DNA of 64,000 nt from Octopus sinensis (GCF_006345805.1 NC_043002.1:42408001-42472000); one strand, 5' to 3'; shown: positions 51,965 through 64,000, counted from the first letter of the stretch. The notes: a model not told the origin generated them from the sequence alone. Numbers and translations: made by a program.

Positions 51965-52320
51965 TCATCATCATTTAACATCCGTTGACGCTAAACGATG
52001 ATGTCCATGCTGGCATGGGTTGGATGGTTTGATTAAACTAGTAAGCTGGAAGTCTGCACCAGACTCCAGTCTGATATGGCATGGTTTTCTACGGCCGAAT
52101 GCCTCCCTCCACACATATATAGACACACATGCCCTCATATGTAATGGGCTTTTGCATAATTCCAGCTTACCAGGAACTATGCAAAGAAACAATGGACTTG
52201 CAGGCATTGACCAATCCAACAATCTGGTAGAAACACTTGCCCAAAGTACTACATAGTGAGATCAAACCCAGAATATCAAGTTGTAGTGAAGCAAACTTAT
52301 GAATACAGGTATACCTTCTA
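51965..52320 (-). mobile_element. Family-D tail joined to a family-A SINE fragment
   Basis: catcatcatttaacatccg...ccatgctggcatgggttggatgg; then ggtagaaacacttgcccaaag...atcaaacccagaa. Confidence 0.6.
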
Positions 52321-52356
52321 ATACTAACCAAAGTTGTATTCCCAAATATAAATGTG

Positions 52357-52400
<44 letters not shown>

Positions 52401-52469
52401 TTTCACAATAGCGAAACTGTCTGAATGTACACCAAATTTAGATGCATCACTTAACTGAAAAGGAAAAAA

Positions 52470-52990
52470 ACATGGGAATGCCAGAGTTTGTCCTTTGTAT
52501 TAAAACTAGGTAGAGTATCTGGCATATATGGTTACTCAGTAGAATTCAAGTTACACAATGAACAAAAACTAAATACTGCATTGCAATATTTTGTGGGGTT
52601 TTGTTTTTTTCAAAATATCTAACCAAAAGTTCCTTGCTGCTTCAGCATTTTACATCATTTCCTAAATGTTTATTCTCATTCTTCAGCTGTTGGTAAAAAT
52701 TTCTTTTTGTTGTTTCTGTAGAGCCTGTTCTGCTGGTATTAGTTTATTCTTTGTTGGTATCTGGTTGTTTTACCTGGTATTGGGTATTGCTTTAATTTTC
52801 TCTTTCGTAGCTATGTTTGTTCCTTTGTGTCTAATATCACACTTTCTCTGGAATTCATTTCTGTATTTTTCCTTCAGTCTTTTTAATTATCGCATTTATC
52901 CTTCAAAGATTTTTATCAACCTTTCCATCTTGATTTTCAAGTCTTCATTTCCATCACTGGCTTTCACTCCCCTGTTTTTCTTTGATTTTT
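52470..52990 (-). mobile_element. R4/Dong-like (R2-group) non-LTR retrotransposon fragment
   Basis: Minus strand QQNRLYRNNKKKF..QQL and ARNFWLDIL...PH resemble the QNRLF..NQK.FYQ.L and FW..IW...HN blocks upstream of the R4-clade RT. Confidence 0.55.
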
Positions 52991-53019
52991 AACTCCAAGA
53001 ATTTCTACAGTATCCGATG

Positions 53020-54150
53020 CTATGCAGTGGATAAGGTCATTTAGGTCTGTTATTTTCCAACTTAGATATGAATGCTGGACAGGGGTACATGTTGAGGTAC
53101 TTGGGGTCTGATTTAAACCTCACTTCTTGGTAGAATGGAACTGGGATGATGTTACTAGCAGAATGGTTAAATTTACCCAGAAACAGCCTGGAAGGAAGCT
53201 ATTGCTGAAAGGTTGGTCCGAGGTGGCAAGTGCATACACTGCTTTTGCTATTTGTTTTCCTATCAGTGGACATCATACATTGCCCTAGTTTTCATTAGAT
53301 CAGGCTTGAGTGTTTACTCTTGATTTTTTTGCTAGCAAGCCCCTCTGTGCAGCAGACTCAGTATTCTATGTTTGATCATATCTAGGCATGCACTGATACT
53401 GTGACATCTGCAGAAGTTCCTAGATGATGGGGAATAGTTTGCTTGCAACATGTCTCTGATGGAATTGCAATATTGTGTCAGCAAAGATCAATCTTAGGCA
53501 CTGGTGCCTGAAATATTGTCAGACATTCATAGTTTTCTCTAACAATTGGGCAACATAGCCAGTATTATGTCAACCATTCTCTAAATGGTTAATAGTGGTC
53601 AACATCTACAATATTCTTGAGGGGACTGTGTGCCACTAAGATCAACTGAACGATCTTTTCCAGAAAATTTTCAGTTCAAGATCTATGGATAACTTCCAGA
53701 AATCCCTAACCTGTGTTGTGGAAGTGGTGGAAGGAGCAATAACAGTTTGGGATAATTACTTCAGGTGCAGAAGCATTATCAGCCAGGCTTGTTCAAGATG
53801 TGCACAGGCTGACAAAATTACTCTGTATGCACTCATTTAGTGCTTGAGCCCAATAGCTGTTATCATATAAAGGACTGATCTGGTTATCATCCAAGTCCAT
53901 TCAGAAGATTGCCCCCACTGCTTTCCTTAGGCAAGAAGGTCAGGCAGTTTTTTCTGTCTCATGACCATAGTGAAAGCAATTGTATAGTGAACATGTTTGA
54001 AAAAGTTGAAGACAAGCATTTTCCTCTTTGGGAAATTCTCAACTTCAATTTGGAAAGGCAGGTGATGTCAGAGAAGGAGATGCTGCACTCCCGTAAATTT
54101 GCTGAATGATCAATGAGTGTCTTACTCAGTATGTGCTGTAAACAGTTTGT
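53020..54150 (+). mobile_element. Tx1/L1-clade LINE ORF2 3' half (decayed)
   Basis: VEVLGV*FKPHFLVEWNWDDVTSRMVKFTQKQPGRKLLLKGWSEVA (post-RT block); DQLNDLFQKIF..SMDNFQKSLT; zinc-knuckle remnant ACSRCAQADKITLYALI*C; C-terminal ILNFNLERQVMSEKEMLHSRKFAE. Confidence 0.75.
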
Positions 54151-54275
54151 GCAAGAAAATAACTGGCAAAGCACTTGCTCTTGGTAGTAACGCTGAATCT
54201 GTATAGTTCATTGATTGATCTTGGTATCTCACACTGTATTGGCATTTCTTATTTCGGCTGAGGCTACGTGCCTTC

Positions 54276-54381
54276 ATTGGTCAGTTAAAGTTGAGACAGT
54301 ATCACATGACAAGTTGCTGGGGCTGCCTGCTGGAGCCTAGCAGCAGGTATTTAAAGGAAAAAATTTGACAAGACAGTCAGT
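54276..54381 (+). promoter_or_regulatory. Pol II core-promoter-like module (CCAAT, E-box, TATA, Inr)
   Basis: ATTGG 54276-80, TCACATGA 54302-09, TATTTAAA 54348-55 and TCAGT 54377-81, with the Inr A 31 nt after the first T of the TATA element. Confidence 0.45.
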
Positions 54382-54517
54382 CGCCTGCTGACACTCGTTG
54401 ACGCTACATCGAAGAGGCTAGGGAACAGAAGAAAGAAGACATGCACCCAACACCAGAGCTGAAGACACCTCCGAAAGGTGTCAAAACGGTAGAGGAGTAG
54501 GGGCCGAAACCAGACAT

Positions 54518-54600
54518 AGTTTCTCCTGATGATGTCTTGAGCTAACTGGATCCTGTAAAGGAGCTGTTGTGGTAGCAGACCACGAAACATGGTTGAAATT
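54518..54600 (+). ncRNA. Atypical hammerhead-like motif with long stem II
   Basis: CTGATGA 54526-32 ... GAAAC 54584-88, ATG loop, GTT site. The 51 nt between can fold GTCT/AGAC, GCTA/TAGC and TCCT-GTAA-AGGA. Stem I is imperfect (AGTTTC/GAAATT). Confidence 0.4.
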
Positions 54601-54955
54601 CCTTCCTTTGTTTTCAGCATTTGGATTTTTGTATAACTCTCCTTCTCTCTTTATTTGTTTTTGCAACATCCCCTTTGTCTATTTCCATCATACCACATAT
54701 AAAAACAACAACAACAACACTAATGATGATGATATGATGATTATTATTATTATAATTATTGCAGTGAAGTTGCAAAAGCACTTGTGTGAAATTAAATGCT
54801 CTGAGTATTTAATTTCATCCTTCTACTTTTCAATATCAAATCCGATCAGAATCGTGTCTGTTTTTCATCCCACCAAGTACCATTCATGTACTGGCAATCA
54901 ATTCAGCTGATTATACTCACCCCTTGTAAATATAGCCTTGTACTGATGTGAAAAA

Positions 54956-54997
<42 letters not shown>

Positions 54998-55959
54998 CAT
55001 TTTCTTCTGAATACTTGAGAGTTAATCCCCAGCCTCCAAACTGAAAGCAAATACAACCCTCACTTAGAAAGAACAAACAAACAAAAGATAGTATTTTAAT
55101 ATGATAATAGCTGAAGAATGTTCGTATTGATTGCTTGAAAATTATCCTGTTAATGCAGTTCAGTAACCATTTTCTTCTTTTTACACTGTTCTAAAATTTC
55201 TTTTGGTTGATTGTCTATTAAAAAATGTGTGAATGTGCACTGATTACTAATGAGTAGTAGAATGAGTCGTCTATAGGCTATGATAATGTTCTAAAGATCT
55301 TTCTTGCACACCAACTAAAATAGATTTCTAAAATGATTATTAGCAATTTTATCTGGTTTCTTCCTTCTTTCCTCCTCCCTCCCTCTCTCTCTGTAGGAAT
55401 AATTATTTATACATTGATGTTGCATAGGTAACCTATTTGTTATTATTATTATTAATAATAGTATTATTATTAGGGCAGTGAAGTGGCAGAATCATTGGAG
55501 CATAAGGGGGGAAAATGCCTTGCTGTATTTGTACTACCTCTTTACAGTTTGTGTTCAGATTCTGCTAAGATTGATAAAATAAAGTACTAGTTGGGTTTTG
55601 GGGTCAGTGTAATAGATTAAAATTACTGTTATTTTTCGTGAATGACTATGTACAGCAGAGTTCCTGTTAGAAGATATTAATATATTAGTGCTTTAATATG
55701 GCCTCATCTGGGCAATGTGAGATGGTATTACCCACAAAGGTTGTAGTACAAATATGTCACCCCTTTATTTTTAGAACTTTTGAAAAAAAAGAAAACGTGT
55801 TTTAAACAAATAAACAGAAAGAAAAGTAGGCAATTAAACAAGCAGACAATTTTAAATGTATGCCATCACATTTTGGGATTGCAAACTTACAGGACAATAA
55901 CAAAGGCACCAACAACAGTAACTCATCCTCTGTTGATAGTGTAGATTGCAAGGTATCTC

Positions 55960-57150
55960 TTCAAAATAGTGAGTTCAAGGAAAAGGAGAAGGATGGACTG
56001 CTGTATCTCACAAAATCTGTGCTTTTTCTTGTCAAATGAAATTATCCAGGAAAGAGCAATGAGTAAAGTGATACATTTCTGGGGTTTTTTTTTTATGAAA
56101 AAAATAAAAAGGGCTCCCATGTTCCACCTGATTGATGTGTGGCAGAAACTATACTTTTTGACACATCTGGTGCTGGGCATAGGGAAGTATGTGCCTAATC
56201 TTTTTAGAGTGAGAATCAGGTGAAGCAATATATAAGCTGGTGTTTCATGATTGCCCACAGTCTGGTATTGTATTTCCTGAATCTCAGGCATACAAGGATC
56301 ACAGCTGAAAAATATTGATGCACGTGTTGACCTTTGACTTGTCCCCCTTGTGGCACAGTATCCACAAGTGATGCACGAAATGGTGACTCACATGTAATCA
56401 GATGTGGGTGGTGATCTGTATGGTCCTCCACATCCTGATTACCCCTGAAAACTACAAAGCTATCTTGGAATTCTACGTCATTGAGAGAGTAAGAGGTTAT
56501 TGAAACCTGTGGTAATAAAGGCTACTTGAGGACCTTCTTCCAAATAAGGAAGAGTAAAAAAAAAAAAAAAAAGAGCAGCAGCAGCAGAGGCATCTACAGT
56601 TACCAGTTTCTGAGGTGAAGAGCGCTGCTTCTGCTACCACAGTTTCCTGAGTATCACCAGTTGCACTTCTGAAAAAAACCCAGAATGAAAACGAACAAAA
56701 ATCACCCTCATCCTTGATGCCACCAGCCCAGAGTCCAACTGATCAGAAGCTACGAGCAGCAGTTCTACCTCATTGTCTTGCAATAGTGGAGAGAAAGGCA
56801 GAAACAGTTGGACTATAGGGAAAGAAATAGAAGTGGGTGGGGAATGAATCTAAAACAAGAACCCTCACCACTACCACTGAGACAGACTAGAGATTCAGCA
56901 ACAATAAGCCAAATAAGTCTGATAAATGAACTGACGAAAAACAGAAGGAACACATTGCTGATTGACGAGATCAAGTACAAATTTATAGAACATCTAAATG
57001 ATTGACTATTGTTAAAAACCACCAACAGATAAAGTACAGCTACTAAAATGATGTGGGATGCTTCTAACCTTGGCCAGTACTGAAGATTCTCATGGGCACT
57101 TTTGAGAAATGCTACAGATTGCAGTACCCAGAGTAGAAAGCAGTCAGTTG
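55960..57150 (+). mobile_element. Decayed LINE ORF1-like region (probably Tx1/L1 type)
   Basis: Coding-like composition, zinc-knuckle remnant CGNKGYLR (~56508-56531), a low-complexity linker, then KYKFIEHLND...TKMMWDASNL; many stops. Confidence 0.4.
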
Positions 57151-57794
57151 GTTCACCTACTCCTATCTATAACTTCTTCCCACTCCTGTGTGGCTGAGTT
57201 ACCCTTAATAAAATGTTCTAATGCTACAGATGTTGGTGTATAGGATAGAATTTGACTTTTAAGAAATTGCCTCCAAACTAAGGTTCACCTTAAAAGATGA
57301 AACATAAAATCTGAACCATAATGTTCTGTGCTCTCATACAGTGAGGCAGTTTACAAATTAAGGAAAATATCTGCTGTGCACTTTATGCTAAATTTTTTTT
57401 GTTTATTACAGTGTAATATACAAGCCTTAAGTAAATGGTAAAATCACACTTGACACTTTGTACTGAGTGAGAGTATGATGCCCCCTGGCGAGAATGGACT
57501 GGACCACTATATATGAATAGTAGCAGTCTGAGTAAGTGAGATAGTTCATGCTAGTTCCACAGTTCGTGTGTTGATAGTTCATAGCTGGAATTCAAAGTTC
57601 ACATTTCGAGTTAGCATGTTGGATTGTTGGTTCTTAAAAGATTGTTGTTGCATTATGTGTGGTTTATTTTTACATGCACGAAGAATATCAGACTATGGTA
57701 AATCTTAAACATGATGTGAAAAAAATACAAGATAGAGACTCTGCAAAAATTCAAATGTGTTGTCCCAGGAAGCACAATCAAAAACTTAAAAAGA

Positions 57795-58260
57795 GCGGCC
57801 AAAGCCCCACCAGTAAAATATCAATCATAGCCAGAGACAGAGAACCCATGGTCTAGGTTACACATTCACTTTCCCAGATTGATAAACAGTGCTTTCTACC
57901 TTATCATAGTAGATAGCTGTACTAAGTGGCCAGAGGTTTGCAGGTGCTATAGACCAACCTCTAAGACAACTATAAAGTTCTTATCTGGTGTCCCTGACAC
58001 ACTGGTTTCAGACAATGGAACACAATTATCTGGGTATGAATTCAAGAACTTCTGTAAAAAGTATGTGATAAAGCATATTTTCACTCCACCCTACAACCCA
58101 CAATCAAATGGGCAGATAGAAAGATTTGTGGACACCTTTAAGAGTGTTAAGAAAAGCAAGGAATGGATTAAGTAACGACGAAGCACTGACAAATTTCTTC
58201 AGAATATACAGAGTGTCCTCCAATCCAAGTACAATTTCATGGAAGTTTCCTGCAGAATTG
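57795..58260 (+). pseudogene. Gypsy integrase (rve core) pseudogene
   Basis: AAKAPPVKYQS*PETENPWSRLHIHF / YLIIVDSCTKWPEV / VPDTLVSDNGTQL / HIFTPPYNPQSNGQIERFVDTFK. The first catalytic D is replaced by H, and frameshifts are present. Confidence 0.92.
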
Positions 58261-58544
58261 ATAGGTGATTAGAGTGCATTTCAAAACCTATTGAAACAGT
58301 AAAGAGGGCTGGGAAAATGGCCTTGTTACCTGAAACATTGGATGTGTGATGTATATGATTAAAGGGTCACATGGTGAACATAAGACATATATAAACCAGC
58401 TAAGGAAGAGGCATGCCCAAGATCAAGAAGAAATGCTCATGGAAGTATTCTGTGAAATATTTGGTGTACCAGTACCAAAAGTAATAGTCCTATAGAACCA
58501 GCATGAGAAAAAGAAAGCAGACCAAATACCTTGAGATAATGTCT

Positions 58545-58794
58545 CGAAAGAGATATTAAAACATAAATATAAAGTTAATCCAAACATGAAAACACAAAGA
58601 GAAAACACAACAACGCGAGAACGTGGAACAAATATAGTATTATTGGACACTCAGGAAGGAAGGAAAAAAGGAGGGTTTAACGTTTTGAGCGGAGCTCTTC
58701 GTCAGAAACATAGGAAAAGGAAAGATCCAAAGAAGGGAAGACGGAGGAAAAAAATCGTCAACAGTACACACGCGGTCACATATATATATATATA
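58545..58794 (-). mobile_element. Penelope-like terminal fragment nested in the Gypsy element
   Basis: CpG-rich, young-looking insert ending in (TA)n between the integrase tail and the PPT; carries a hammerhead core. Confidence 0.6.
58675..58709 (-). ncRNA. Minimal type I hammerhead motif with G12-to-A change (likely inactive)
   Basis: Minus strand GTTT CTGACGA A GAGC-TCC-GCTC AAAA CGTT AAAC. Stem I GUUU/AAAC, perfect 4-bp stem II, palindromic stem III ACGU, GUU site. Confidence 0.65.
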
Positions 58795-59739
58795 AAATTT
58801 CTTTATTCCTTTGGAACACAAAATCTCAAAAGGTGAGATGTTATGCAAGAGTACAAAACCCCCTAAAGGACTGAACCATTACATATAGATAGTAGCTGTC
58901 TGAGTGAGTGAGGTAGTTTGTGCTAGTCCCAAAGTTCGTGTGTTGATAGTTCAAAGTTGGGGCCCAAAGTTCACAGTTTAAGTTAGTGTATTGGATTGTT
59001 GGTTCTTAAGAGATCGTTGTTATGTTACATGTGGTTACTGCCGTCTGTTTTGATTGTTATAACATTGTTGCAGTGTATTCGTTTATTCATAAGGATATAA
59101 CACCTTGTTAGTTCTTGTCGTGTAGGCATTGGTACTAATTACATCTCTAATCTCTATATGACCCTAGCCAGGTATGTTATGGCTAGTAAATTACAGTTTT
59201 TGCCTCAATTTGAAATGAATTGACCTAAATTTTTATAACCAAGACTTTGTTGTATTAGTATACTTAATAGCATCATTTTACTGGTCATTGGAGAATTATC
59301 AGGGCAGCAAACTCTCTGCAGTAAGTGCTAGACTACAAAATTTCTGATATCATCAGAATATCATCCTTGTTGCCAAGTAGAAATCTTTTCTAAACATGAT
59401 ACCATTTATATATCTGTAAGTTATAAGTGCTGGTTTTGGTTCCACATATATGAAAACCTATAAAACATGTTTGTCTGTCTTGTGAAAAATTTCCATTTGT
59501 TGAACTTTGACCAACTTGTAGTCTATTGCTGTGAAATACTGCTTAGTAATCTTATATGATGTGTATAGCTCAAACCTACATTTTAAATGGAGAATCTAGG
59601 AGTTGCTTTATATATCCAGTCACCTTATACACTGAAATTCAGTATATTGCATTTCAATTACATTTATTCTCTATCCACTTATACATAACCCCTGAAATGT
59701 GATACATTTTGTATTGTACAAGCCCTGTATACAATAAAG

Positions 59740-60178
59740 AAAGGATTATCCATATTTAGCACAGAGCATCACAAAAGAAATATCTTTTGGTATTTACTCT
59801 TTACATTCTGACTTCAAATCCTGCTGAGCTTAACTTTGCCTTTAGTCCTTCAGAATTCAATAAACTAAAGTACCAGTCAGTTTACTGGGATTGGTGAAAT
59901 TGGCTATGCTCCTTCCTTCAATTTCTGGTCTTGTGCCAATGTTAGAAATAATTATTGTTCTTATTATCCGGAGGTGGGGGTGTTAGCTGACTTGTTAGAA
60001 CATAAAGAGTGGCGAGAAATATCACTGTGCATTTTGCTTGATGCTCGCTGTTCAAATTTCACTGATATCAACTTCACTTTCCTGCCTCTGGGCTCAATGA
60101 AATGAAGTTCCAGTCAAGTACTGGGATTATTTAATCAACTAACTTTAATCAACTGCACTTCTACTACTGACCTTGTGC
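59740..60178 (+). mobile_element. Two tandem degraded family-B SINEs
   Basis: ttcaaatcctgctgagcttaactttgcctttagtcc...ggtcttgtgccaatgttagaaa is repeated as ttcaaatttcactgatatcaacttcactttcc...gaccttgtgc. Confidence 0.7.
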
Positions 60179-60406
60179 TTAACCCTTTCGTTACCAAACT
60201 GGCTGAAACCAACTCTGGCTCTGAGTACAAATGTCTTGTTTTCATAAGTTTTGAATTAAAATCTGCCACCAAGCCTTAGTCACAATTCATGTTCCTAACA
60301 CTAGCTGAATGATAACTAAGTTATTTTACTAAATATTTTGTTATATTTAAAGTAATTGAAAGAAACACAGAACATCTCAAAATAAATACAGTAACAAAAG
60401 GGTTAA
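60179..60406 (+). mobile_element. piggyBac-like MITE with TTAA TSD
   Basis: TTAA-CCCTTTCGTTAC...GTAACAAAAGGG-TTAA (TIR 11/12 matched); inserted into the tail of the preceding SINE. Confidence 0.9.
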
Positions 60407-63400
60407 ATTATTATTATTGCTTTTTTTTAATTGCATATTTCTTTCACTTAAAAGTTGTGGTGGAGAAAATATAAATCTATTTTTTGCTCTTGTTCTATAA
60501 ATCTGAATAGACTATTGTGACTAGGATTAATCAATATTTGTTGTGTATTCTTTTACTTTACGCTAATATTTAAAGTGGTTGTCAATGGGTTCAAAGACCT
60601 CATTGAGAACCAGTTGTTTTGAGATACAATGACACTTGCTGGAGTTGTGAGACAAGCTGCCACATGTCGATTATGAGACATGAATTCTTGAACTTAAAAA
60701 ATTGAATTATGTGCCCTCTATATTAAAGACATACAATTGAGAAATTTCACTGAAATCAAGCCAGTCAAGAGAATCTTGCTCATTGGTAATAGTTGAATAG
60801 CTTGTAGACAACATACTCTTTGGAGGTTCTCATAGATTGGAAAGGCTAACCAGGTTAAGATAATGCCTTTAATGTTTATTTCGAAATGTTGCAGAGGATG
60901 GTTGAGAGGGATTTTCTTTTTTGGGAAGGGATGTGTAAACTGGAAAGAGTTTGTGAACAACGCTAGTGAGGCGTTGCTATGAGACAGTAAAAGGTGTGAT
61001 TAAAGGAAGTGAGGCAAATGAATCACTTACATCTCAATGAGGCAGTAAGCAATCAGAAATTTCAAAGAATATTGTAGCAGTATATGGGTACAGTTTGATA
61101 TTAGTTTTAAATTTATAGACTTTGGGAGAGTGGGGTATCAAGTAAAAGCTGGATGCGTAAAAAGGCGCATCAGACTAAATGCATGAGCAGTTCTCATATC
61201 ACATATATTTGTACTTTGCGAAAATTTTCGTGTATTAATAAAGCATTTTATTATCAAAAGAAAAGCAACAGTAGGTCATTGATTTAATTCAAGAATGAAT
61301 GTAGACTACTCTACAGTTAATAGATATGTTGACTGTATTAATGTTTATCATAGTTCTCAAGTCAATTAGTAACATTCCTCTCCTTTTGTATGTGTGTGTG
61401 TGTGTGTGAATTTAGTGATTTTGTGTGTAAAATCATTATGTAAATTGTTCAACACTCAAGTAGTAGTCACAAAGGGAAGAGGAACTGGGCATTTTGTCTT
61501 TTCCTTTACTACGAAAGTTTTCAACATTATCTTAGCACTACCTACGTACTGACTTTATGCTACTATTATAGTACTACCACATCTATGTTCATCTGTTCCT
61601 AAACCATCTTCATCACTACCACTCTCTTTTTCTCTACACTACCATCCTCTCTCTACACTTCTATCATTTCTTTTCTTCATAACTTCACCTCTCCCACCAA
61701 CATTATTGCCTAAAGCATTAGCAAGGGAGCCTGAATGTCATTGATCTACTTTTTAGAAATAGAAGTCAAATCTCCATCTAATCACATACATCCCATATTC
61801 TTAAATAATGTTAATGTAGTTCTACACACTCAATGAATGAGATGGTCACAGCCAGAATGCCTGTGATTACAGGTCTACCATCTGGTTTGATTTGGAGCTA
61901 AACAACAGTACCATCTGTACTACCTCCACTACAGTTTGCACTGTTATTTGCTTTTGCTTCTATCATCATCACTAACTTATATTTCTACTTCTATCATCAG
62001 CTAAATAGTATTTTTTAAGTGGTCTCTCTATTGTCAAGTCTAATGAACAATTAATTTGTCTTACTGATTTAAGACATATAATTCCAAATAGCAGTACTTC
62101 AGCTGGACAATTCTCTCTCTTTCAATTAAAAAAACTTCTTTACAGCAGGTGATAGACATTTGCTGAATTGTCTTGAAAGTATAGTGTGTACAGTTTGCTG
62201 CACTATATATTTCTTAGGTCTGTCTGAGTCACTTTTAATCCAATTAAAGCGAACTGATGACATTTTCCATATCTTCAATGAAACATTTCTGGATTTATTG
62301 GAAACAAGAAAACAATAACACACTCTGGTGGTTTCCTGCTGATTTCTCAAGAATTTGAATTGATCATTAAAGTAGTCTCTGCTTACTTATCATGGTTTAC
62401 TGTAACCATATCATGGTATCTATGTTCAATTAGTTGCACCTGGTCAGTAATAGTTAAGTGTTTTAAACATGTTGAAAGTACTGTACATGTGACAGGATAC
62501 AAATAGTTGACCTTTTACCTGATAGCTTGCTACTCTGTTGTCTTTGCTTGCTGCCACATTTACTAAGTTACCTAGATAGACTTATAATTTTTGTTACCAT
62601 ACGTACATGCATGCACACGCATTTTTCTTTTTTTTTATTGATAATTTTCAAAATATACTTTGAATGTGTTGAAAAACCTTATAAACACCTCAGATAATTT
62701 AAGTGGCAGGAGGATTTTAAGCAAAAAAAAAAAAAAAAGAAAATACCAAAAGTTTGTAGTTATTCCTGGCAAAGGAAGTTATGTTTAGTTCCCCACTCAT
62801 CAGTAGGTTAGCTATATCAAATAATATCAAACTTATCTGTTGTACCACTACTCCAGTGCTAGCCAAAGCACATTTGGCTGCAAGGATTTAAGATAAGAGA
62901 TTCTCTGTTTGTACTCTCTGCTATCACAGACATTTACTTGCTTAAGGTCAAGTAATAAAGTAGTAAAGGAAATTGTGTGTCTGTGTGAGAAAGAGAGCGA
63001 GAATCAACCACTATTATTTCTTATGGTAAGATATCTCGGGTTTTATGATAAATAAATTTGAAAATTGCTTTCATTTTAATTATATCTTTATTTTAGCCAA
63101 ACTAAATTATAGTGCTGTTGCCAAATATTTTTATTTGTACAGTTGTAAATTATTTGATTTATTTAGTATCTTATATTGTAGGTTGATATTTTTCCAGAAA
63201 CCTATTATTGTTCCATTAAATTAATTGTTTTACACTTAAAAACCAATATGGTTGGGGAAGTGTTGGATGGAAAAATACATAGATATTGATCTGAAACTAT
63301 TAATTCCTACACTGTAACTATTACAGAAGCCATATTATCAATCTGGCTGTTATTAGTCTCATAGAACTTAACTGTTTACACTTAAAACACAAACATTATA

Positions 63401-63555
63401 AAAGTAATGAAACTTTCTCAAAAGTTCTAATTTGTTCAAAATTTATATTATTCTTGTTTAGGAATGATTTAGAACAAAATTTTGAATGTATGTGTATGAT
63501 GTATAACTGTACGTATATGAACATATGTTTTCGCATATCTATACTTCTCTCTCTA

Positions 63556-63860
<305 letters not shown>

Positions 63861-64000
63861 TTTCTATTTATTGTTACTGGAAGATATAGTATATTTGGGT
63901 TAATCCCAGTATTCACTCCTCCCCACAAAAAAAAAAATATGTAAAAAAGAAAATGTTGGAACATTTTACATATTGGATGGGATTAATTGCTTTTTTTCTA

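Larger units (their letters stand above)
57459..59102 (+). mobile_element. Internally deleted Gypsy/Ty3 LTR retrotransposon (truncated 5' LTR, integrase, PPT, 3' LTR)
   Basis: 57459-~57665 aligns with 58839-~59037 at about 80%. The 3' LTR runs TGTTAT (58839) to ATAACA (59102). Purine tract AAAAGGTGAGA lies just upstream of it. Confidence 0.88.

Noticed and set aside
53020-54600. Endogenous viral element or DIRS gag
   Set aside because: Translation matches Tx1/L1 ORF2 post-RT and zinc-knuckle motifs better.
60620-62400. Possible hAT C-terminal (60620-61000) and LINE RT (62126-62400) relics on the minus strand
   Set aside because: Only faint motif resemblance; not supportable without a profile search.
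62775-62806. Minus-strand CTGATGA-GTGGGGAAC-TAAAC
   Set aside because: Only a 2-bp stem II, no GAAA, no stem I.

Overview
AT-rich, CpG-poor eukaryotic DNA. The SINE, MITE and RTE families point to an octopus (coleoid cephalopod) genome; this is an inference from family recognition, not a database match. No intact protein-coding gene, rRNA, true tRNA or CRISPR array is supported, and almost all track ORFs are artefacts of microsatellites or decayed transposons. The window looks like a large intron or intergenic region packed with repeats: decayed RTE LINEs, Tx1/L1-like and R4/Dong-like LINE fragments, Penelope-like remnants, a deleted Gypsy element with both LTRs, hAT and mariner transposase relics, hAT/mariner/piggyBac MITEs, a Helentron-type non-autonomous element, several tRNA-derived SINE families and a 21-bp minisatellite. 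The most interesting structure is (i) several sequence-distinct minimal type I hammerhead ribozyme motifs, two of them back-to-back in a ~170-bp palindrome and one downstream of a TATA/Inr promoter with an unusually long stem II, and (ii) a ~350-bp inverted duplication inserted into a SINE at microhomologies, in which the derived copy lacks exactly the two hairpins of its template. A few weak + strand exon candidates, including a 27-nt microexon, may belong to an unidentified host transcript.
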